Made by a program: the position numbers and the translations under genes. The notes under the pieces were generated by a model that had not been told where the DNA came from, ran no database searches, and saw nothing but the letters and a program-made list of their open reading frames with translations. A DNA stretch of 64,000 nucleotides from Ruminococcus sp. GTDB taxonomy: Bacteria; Bacillota; Clostridia; Oscillospirales; Ruminococcaceae. The stretch spans positions 1,744 through 65,743 of the forward strand of contig JAIDTI010000089.1 of the NCBI GenBank assembly GCA_029060755.1, in the 5' to 3' direction. Below, in pieces: positions 58,540-64,000 of the stretch (the first letter of the stretch is position 1; each line of letters opens with the position of its first letter).

Positions 58540-58623
58540 ATAATTTAGACATATAATTTGTCTGTCAGGCAGACAATAAGGGTTTTGGAGTATAATATTA
58601 TATGTCATTAAGGAGGAAAAAGA

Positions 58624-58932
58624 ATGAATATTACAGATGTAAAAATCAGACGACTTATGTCGGGCGGAAGACTTCGTGCAGTTGTTTCAGTTACAATTGA
58701 TGATATGATTGCTGTCCACGACATAAAAGTAGTGCAGGGTGATTCAAGACTTTTTGTCGCAATGCCAAGTCACAAAGATGAAAACGGTGTATTCCGTGAC
58801 ATTGTACACCCGATTTCAACAGAATCAAGAAAAATCTTTGAAGAAAGTATTCTTGAAGCTTATGAACAGCATACAGCCGCACTTGCTGCTGAAGCTGAAA
58901 ATGCTGTAGCAGGTATTGATGAAGAAGAATAA
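58624..58932 (+). CDS. spoVG: Septation regulator SpoVG
   Basis: MNITDVKIR, HDIKVV.G...LFVAMPS and RDIVHPI motifs; AAGGAGG RBS. Confidence 0.96.
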   Translation: MNITDVKIRRLMSGGRLRAVVSVTIDDMIAVHDIKVVQGDSRLFVAMPSHKDENGVFRDIVHPISTESRKIFEESILEAYEQHTAALAAEAENAVAGIDEEE

Positions 58933-58955
58933 TCTGTACATAATGCCGTAACTGC

Positions 58956-58989
58956 AAAAAGTCCTGCTTTTTTATGAGCAGGGCTTTTT
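58956..58989. terminator. Bidirectional terminator between spoVG and the NUDIX gene
   Basis: AAAAAGTCCTGCT / AGCAGGGCTTTTT stem. Confidence 0.85.
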
Positions 58990-58995
58990 TTGTGG

Positions 58996-59532
58996 TTATA
59001 TATTAAGGATTCTTGCGGCTTTCAATATTGCAATCTGTGTTTTTCCGTCACGGATTTTTCCGTCCATTACAAGCTTTACAGCATCAGCAAGCGGAATTTT
59101 TTCAACATCAAGAAATTCATCAGGGTCAAGGTTTTGTTTATCAAAGTGCAGACCTCTTGCCATGTACATATATGTGATTTCTGAATTATATGCAGGTGTC
59201 GGGAGCATTTCTCCTAAATAGATATACTCATCACAAGTACAGCCTGTTTCCTCCAAAAGTTCACGTCTGCCACATTCTGCATGGTTTTCACCTTTTTCAA
59301 GCTTGCCTGCCGGTACTTCAATGGTTGTTGTGTGGAACGGATAGCGGAACTGTTTTACAAGAAAAATTTCATTTTCGTCAGTAACAGGAATTACACATAC
59401 TCCGCCGTTGTGCAGAAGTACATCACGGATTGCATTGTTTCCATTTTCAAGTTCAACTGTATCATGAGTTATAGTAAAAATTACTCCCTCATAGATAACA
59501 TCGCTTTTTATTGTTTTTTCGTCAAGGTGCAT
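58996..59532 (-). CDS. nudF: NUDIX hydrolase, ADP-ribose pyrophosphatase-like
   Basis: VKQFRYP, EVPAGK.EKGE....CGRRELLEETG Nudix box and DGKT motif. Confidence 0.85.
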   Translation of the reverse strand: MHLDEKTIKSDVIYEGVIFTITHDTVELENGNNAIRDVLLHNGGVCVIPVTDENEIFLVKQFRYPFHTTTIEVPAGKLEKGENHAECGRRELLEETGCTCDEYIYLGEMLPTPAYNSEITYMYMARGLHFDKQNLDPDEFLDVEKIPLADAVKLVMDGKIRDGKTQIAILKAARILNI

Positions 59533-59534
59533 AG

Positions 59535-62039
59535 TTATTCCTCCTTATTTTTATGACAGTTTCTTGAATAAAGTTCAGAAGCTGTTATTTTTTGGCATGA
59601 ATTATAATCATAATAATGTGAAAATCTGTTGATTTTCTCTTTATCTGTAAACTTATGGCATATTACGATATACACGGCAAGCATCAGAATACCAGCCAGT
59701 GATATATATATTCCCTCACGCAAGCCGGGAGTGCTGTAATGGAATGTGATTACGTTTCTGCCCTTATTTGCAGAAACAGCCATAAATCCGTACGAAACTT
59801 TTTCAACGTCAACAGCCTGACCGTTGACTTCTGCCGTCCAGCCGTCACTGTATGGAACACTGAAAAATACAAGCTGTGGCTTATCAAGTGTGATTTCAGA
59901 TTCAAAGCCTTTTGAATCCCACGTAAAAGAAGTTGAGCAGTTGCTTTGTTTTTCAAGACAGGCACTTTCATAATCTTCTTTTGTCATATTCCATATACTT
60001 CCGCTTGCCTTTGTGAGAATATCCGAATATTTCTCAATCTGTTCATCATCAAGAATCAAGGCTTTTATTAGTGCGTTTTCACGAAGATACTTTTTTCTCA
60101 TTTCGGCATCAGAAACAGAAACGTAAGTATCATAGCCGAAACCCATAGGAATATACAGCTTGTTTTCGTACACTTCAAAATAATCATCTTCTGAAACAAG
60201 CTCAAATCCTTGCAGATATTCAGTTACATCAACATGAGAAGCAATAATGCCGTCCTTGCCACTGATTTCGTCTTTTTCAAGTAATTTTTCAGACAGTTCA
60301 TTTATTGTATATCCCTCTGCTTTTTCACGGTAAAAATATTTTACTGAAAGAAGTCCACGCAAGGTATAATGCGAAATATCAGCACGGGACGCAACATCAC
60401 GCTGTATACCTATTTCATCATAGAAATCCATTATAGACGTAGCAACAACACTCTGAAATGCTCTCATATTTGGTAATTCCCATATCATAGGGTAGTTATC
60501 AGTGTTTTCGGATATATCCACACGGAAAAAATTATCCTCTGACACTTCCTCAACAATGTTCGCTTTCTCTTTTATAGCCATATTAACATATTTTTCCGCA
60601 TTTTTCGGAGATACAGCACCATAAATTATAGTTGTAAGTGTGCATATAAGACTTGCAATGGCTGTACTGTATACCATAAGTTTTCCGTAATTCAAGCCCT
60701 TGTTTTTTCGTCTGATTATATAAACAGCATATATAAGAAATCCTATGGCGATTCCTGTAGTAAGCCAGAAATAAGCGAAATCATGCGGAAGTGTAAACCA
60801 GCTTAATCCGTCATCTTTTTTTTCAGGGATAAATGAAACAGCCCCGAAAAATGCTATAACAACAGCAGTTATTTTTACTGCGGGTCTGAAATCTGCATCA
60901 TCATCATCAAGAGTTTGTGCGGTCATCATAGTAAAAATGAGAATCGGCATATAAAACCATCTTGCATAATAAGATGCGTTGAACATATAGAACATACTGT
61001 TAAGAATAGGTATGAATGAGCATATTATGCAGAATACTGATATTTTTACAGCCCAGTGTTTTTTGTGTGTTCTTATGAATGTTATGATACCAAGTGTTGA
61101 GAATAAAGGGAGATAACCGCCGAGAGATGCCCATTTTACGCCGTCACTCTTGAAAAGATTCGGACGTGCAGGAACGTCGGACGGCAGGAAAAAGCTTTGT
61201 ATTATACGCAGAACTCTTGATTTTTCGGTGTAGAAAATCCATCTGTCGCCATAAAGTCTCTCATTTACACGATAGTTCCCAAGAATTGCAAGTGCAGACG
61301 GAAGCAGGAAAAATCCTGCAATAGCTGTTCCGATTACAGCTTCAATAAGCAGACCCCAGAATTTTTTCCATGTAACATGAAAATCACTGCACGGAATACG
61401 GATAATGAAATATGCAATAAGAAAAATAACCTGTCCGGTGAAAAAATAGTAATTCATTATCGCCATTACTGCAACAATAACTGCAAACCAGCCACGACGG
61501 CGGTTATTTATATTCTCCTCCATTGCAATAAGCATAAGCGGAAAAAGTGCTGTAACATCTTGAAAGTGATTGAAAAAGATGTTGAAAACTTGAAATCCCG
61601 AAAAAGAATACAGCAAAGCACCAGTAAGAGATGCTTCTTTGCTTCTGACAAATCGCCTTATATAAATATACGCTGTAAGAGATGCTACACCGTGTTTCAG
61701 CGCAAGGATAATTGGTATAGAGAATGTAACAAATGCTCTTGGCAGAATTGTTGTAAGCCAGAAAAACGGACTGCCTATAAGATAGAAAGAATATGATGTA
61801 AGTAAGTCTGAGCCTAAATCCGTAAACCAGTTCCAGCCGAACTGTCCTGAGCGTATAGCATTATTCAGCAGATTACAGAATGGTATCTGCTGGGCATTGA
61901 AATCGCCGTAGTATATAAAATATCCCTTATCAGCAATCATTACAGGAATTACAGCAATAAGAAGTGTAAGAAATCCCAGCAGAAATGCAGACAGATATTT
62001 TTCTTTTGTACAATATGAGTATCTTAAATTATTTTTCAT
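59535..62039 (-). CDS. YfhO-family multi-pass membrane glycosyltransferase (GT-C-like)
   Basis: GDFNAQQIPF, WNW.TDLG, many TMs and C-terminal FFSVPYSDGWTA.VNG motif. Confidence 0.88.
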   Translation of the reverse strand: MKNNLRYSYCTKEKYLSAFLLGFLTLLIAVIPVMIADKGYFIYYGDFNAQQIPFCNLLNNAIRSGQFGWNWFTDLGSDLLTSYSFYLIGSPFFWLTTILPRAFVTFSIPIILALKHGVASLTAYIYIRRFVRSKEASLTGALLYSFSGFQVFNIFFNHFQDVTALFPLMLIAMEENINNRRRGWFAVIVAVMAIMNYYFFTGQVIFLIAYFIIRIPCSDFHVTWKKFWGLLIEAVIGTAIAGFFLLPSALAILGNYRVNERLYGDRWIFYTEKSRVLRIIQSFFLPSDVPARPNLFKSDGVKWASLGGYLPLFSTLGIITFIRTHKKHWAVKISVFCIICSFIPILNSMFYMFNASYYARWFYMPILIFTMMTAQTLDDDDADFRPAVKITAVVIAFFGAVSFIPEKKDDGLSWFTLPHDFAYFWLTTGIAIGFLIYAVYIIRRKNKGLNYGKLMVYSTAIASLICTLTTIIYGAVSPKNAEKYVNMAIKEKANIVEEVSEDNFFRVDISENTDNYPMIWELPNMRAFQSVVATSIMDFYDEIGIQRDVASRADISHYTLRGLLSVKYFYREKAEGYTINELSEKLLEKDEISGKDGIIASHVDVTEYLQGFELVSEDDYFEVYENKLYIPMGFGYDTYVSVSDAEMRKKYLRENALIKALILDDEQIEKYSDILTKASGSIWNMTKEDYESACLEKQSNCSTSFTWDSKGFESEITLDKPQLVFFSVPYSDGWTAEVNGQAVDVEKVSYGFMAVSANKGRNVITFHYSTPGLREGIYISLAGILMLAVYIVICHKFTDKEKINRFSHYYDYNSCQKITASELYSRNCHKNKEE

Positions 62040-62114
62040 CTTAAATCTCCTTAAAACATATAGAAATATTATATCACAGATTCTGGAAAAATAAAAGACT
62101 TTTCATTAAATTTT

Positions 62115-62143
62115 CACCATTTTATTTTAATCGGCATACTATA
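62115..62143 (+). promoter_or_regulatory. Candidate sigma-K (late mother-cell) promoter
   Basis: CACC-N16-CATACTATA matches the sigma-K consensus mACm-N16-CATAnnnTA; no clear sigma-A pair is evident. Confidence 0.5.
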
Positions 62144-62183
62144 TAAAAGCAGTGGATAAACTGCACAAAAAGGAGGATTTTTC

Positions 62184-63074
62184 ATGGCGACTTTTTATAA
62201 TCAGGCTACATTGTCCTATAATGGCAATGTAACAGGTTCAAATATAACAACAGGACAGATTATTGAGGTTGTTTCTGTAAATAAAAGTGCCGTTTCCGAC
62301 ACATACAGCAATAACAGTGATGTGAGCTATGTAATCAATATAATCAATAGCGGAAACATTGACTTATCAGGACTTACAGTTACCGACAATCTTGGCAAGT
62401 ACAACATTGCAAATGTCGGAAATGATTTAGTACCATTGAATTATGTTGACGGCACTATAAATTACTATGTCAACAACGTAAAACAGGCTGACCCTACGGT
62501 TTCGGCAACAAATCCGCTTACTATTGAGGGAATAAACGTTCCTGCAAAAGGTGACGCTACACTTGTGTATACAACAAAGGCAAATCAGTTTGCACCGCTT
62601 GGCGAAAATGAGCAGATTGAAAATACTGTTACAGTTTCAGGAAATGGAATTTTAAATCCTGTTACAGCATCAGCAACTGTAGATTATGAGGACGGAATAA
62701 ATCTTGCTATAGATAAGTCACTTGCTCCTGCTGTAGTATCAGAAAACGGCACATTGACTTATACTTTCAATATCAAAAACTTTGGCGGAACACCTGCCGA
62801 AGATACAGATAACGTTGTATTCAGCGACACTTTCAATCCGATTCTCAATATTACCTCTGTAACATTCAATGGTACACCTTGGGTACTTGGTACAGACTAC
62901 AGTTATGATACAGATACAGGCACATTCACTTCACTTGACGGAAAAATCACTGTACCGTCTGCAACTTATTCACAAGATGAGACTACAGGAGTATGGGCAA
63001 CTCAACCAGGCGAAAGTACACTTGTCATTACAGGTAATATTACAACTCCTGCTACAGATTCAACTGCAAAATGA
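62184..63074 (+). CDS. Two-repeat DUF11-like beta-sandwich protein without signal peptide
   Basis: VNKSA...SYVINIINSG..DLSGLTVTDNL and IDKSL...LTYTFNIKNFG....NVVFSDTF repeats; Asn/Thr-rich; AAGGAGG RBS. Confidence 0.75.
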   Translation: MATFYNQATLSYNGNVTGSNITTGQIIEVVSVNKSAVSDTYSNNSDVSYVINIINSGNIDLSGLTVTDNLGKYNIANVGNDLVPLNYVDGTINYYVNNVKQADPTVSATNPLTIEGINVPAKGDATLVYTTKANQFAPLGENEQIENTVTVSGNGILNPVTASATVDYEDGINLAIDKSLAPAVVSENGTLTYTFNIKNFGGTPAEDTDNVVFSDTFNPILNITSVTFNGTPWVLGTDYSYDTDTGTFTSLDGKITVPSATYSQDETTGVWATQPGESTLVITGNITTPATDSTAK

Positions 63075-63083
63075 AAAAATTAT

Positions 63084-63103
63084 ACCCCTGATTTTTCAGG
63101 GGT
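63084..63103. terminator. Bidirectional terminator between the DUF11-like gene and the ANTAR gene
   Basis: ACCCCTGA-TTTT-TCAGGGGT flanked by A and T tracts. Confidence 0.8.
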
Positions 63104-63112
63104 GATTTTTTT

Positions 63113-63664
63113 CTATTTTTCGTATGTATTTATGATTTTTTCAGCAGCTTCCAATCTTGTACAGCGATTGTTCATAGCCTGCTTTACTATGTACTTATGT
63201 GCCTGCGGTTCAGTAAATTTCAGATACTTCATAAGAAGCGACTTCGCACGGTTTATTGTGCGTATGTTTTCAATCTTGTTAAGTATATCATCTGATTCCT
63301 TTATCTCCGAAAAACGACTGCTGTTGATATTCTCAAGTAAAATTTCACGGGTTATTGGCTTTGAAAGCATGGTTATACCTGAATATGAAAGCATATCTGT
63401 AAGTTCGGCTGAAATATCTCCCGAACATATAAGGATAATATCTGCATTTGTTTCTTCAGCAGTCATTTCAGCAAGTTCATACCCGAACTCATCAGAAAGA
63501 GGAGTATTTATAATAATCAAGTCAGGATTATAGTTATTTTTGATTATTCGGCGTATTTCGTTTCCACCTGTTACAGAATATGTAACAAATCCCGAATTTT
63601 TTATTGTGAGTTCAATAAGTTCTGCTGTTTCACATGGTTGTGATACAATAATGGCTTTATTCAT
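63113..63664 (-). CDS. Pseudo-receiver + ANTAR RNA-binding antiterminator (NitR/AmiR-like)
   Basis: REC-like PDLIIINTPL and SKP; ANTAR INRAKSLLM...TEPQAHKYIVKQAMNNR motif. Confidence 0.9.
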   Translation of the reverse strand: MNKAIIVSQPCETAELIELTIKNSGFVTYSVTGGNEIRRIIKNNYNPDLIIINTPLSDEFGYELAEMTAEETNADIILICSGDISAELTDMLSYSGITMLSKPITREILLENINSSRFSEIKESDDILNKIENIRTINRAKSLLMKYLKFTEPQAHKYIVKQAMNNRCTRLEAAEKIINTYEK

Positions 63665-63673
63665 AGTATTTCC

Positions 63674-64000
63674 TTAAATCAGATTGAAATAGAATCTGCG
63701 TTCAAATTCTTCAGTTTCTTCAGAAGTTTTACATAAATTCCTTGCAGTGAACTGCTTGTCATAATAATCTTCAAAAATTTCTATAACTTCTTTCGGAAGA
63801 TTATTTTTCACAAAATCGCTGTTTATTGCATAGTCATTGGCTTCTGTGATAGTTTCGGGTAATTTTTCAAGCTGTTCATAGTCATTGCAGTTGATTATTT
63901 TGTCCATAATTGAACAGTCGCCCGATTTTATACCCTCAATTCCAGCAACAAGGATAAGTCTGAATACAATATATGGATTACAGGTTGCATCTGCTGAACG
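63674..64000 (-). CDS. glnA: Glutamine synthetase type I, C-terminal part (runs off the window)
   Basis: The frame is open from 64000: RSADATCNPYIVFRLILVAGIEGI...KLPETITEA, matching the GSI R.PDP.ANPY..A.L.AG.DGI / LP.SL.EA region. The 77-aa ORF in the track is only its tail. Confidence 0.8.
   Translation of the reverse strand, partial: RSADATCNPYIVFRLILVAGIEGIKSGDCSIMDKIINCNDYEQLEKLPETITEANDYAINSDFVKNNLPKEVIEIFEDYYDKQFTARNLCKTSEETEEFERRFYFNLI

Noticed and set aside
47733-58623. Larger intergenic gaps as possible tRNA or known ncRNA genes
   Set aside because: No cloverleaf, T-loop or recognisable riboswitch consensus; the gaps are explained by promoters.
2423-63533. Many antisense or alternate-frame ORFs of 60-173 aa (e.g. 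13403..13924, 19274..19759, 6404..6847, 63102..63533)
   Set aside because: They lie within well-supported genes and have no RBS or recognisable motifs; they are shadow ORFs.
63674-63907. 77-aa stand-alone ORF in the track
   Set aside because: The frame stays open to the window end and reads as the GS type I C-terminus, so it is the tail of glnA.

Overview
This is a core-chromosome segment of an AT-rich Clostridia-class bacterium, most likely a cellulosome-producing Ruminococcus (inferred from Ruminococcus-style dockerins, two GH9 cellulases, the ispH-rpsA fusion and the conserved yloC-remA-gmk-rpoZ-priA-def-fmt-rsmB-rlmN-stp-pknB-rsgA-thiN-spoVM block). It also holds malQ-glgP, cdaA-cdaR, tepA-ftsK, cmk-plsC, mreBCD-pbp2, murC-lexA-zapA, spoVG, yfhO and the 3' end of glnA followed by an ANTAR regulator. 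I found no rRNA, tRNA, CRISPR array, prophage or IS element. The most notable observation is that the ~100-aa extracellular domain after the PASTA repeats of the kinase PknB is also the C-terminal domain of a secreted dockerin/Ig protein 36 kb away (about 27 identities in ~100 positions, 2 one-residue gaps, aligned by hand). PknB also ends in an unusual Trp/Gly/Tyr/Asn-rich repeat tail. Other additions to the ORF track are an unlisted 27-aa spoVM, recognition of the last ORF as truncated glnA, candidate sigma-G and sigma-K promoters, and a motif shared by carbohydrate/dockerin gene promoters. All structural, promoter and homology calls were made by eye and need computational confirmation.
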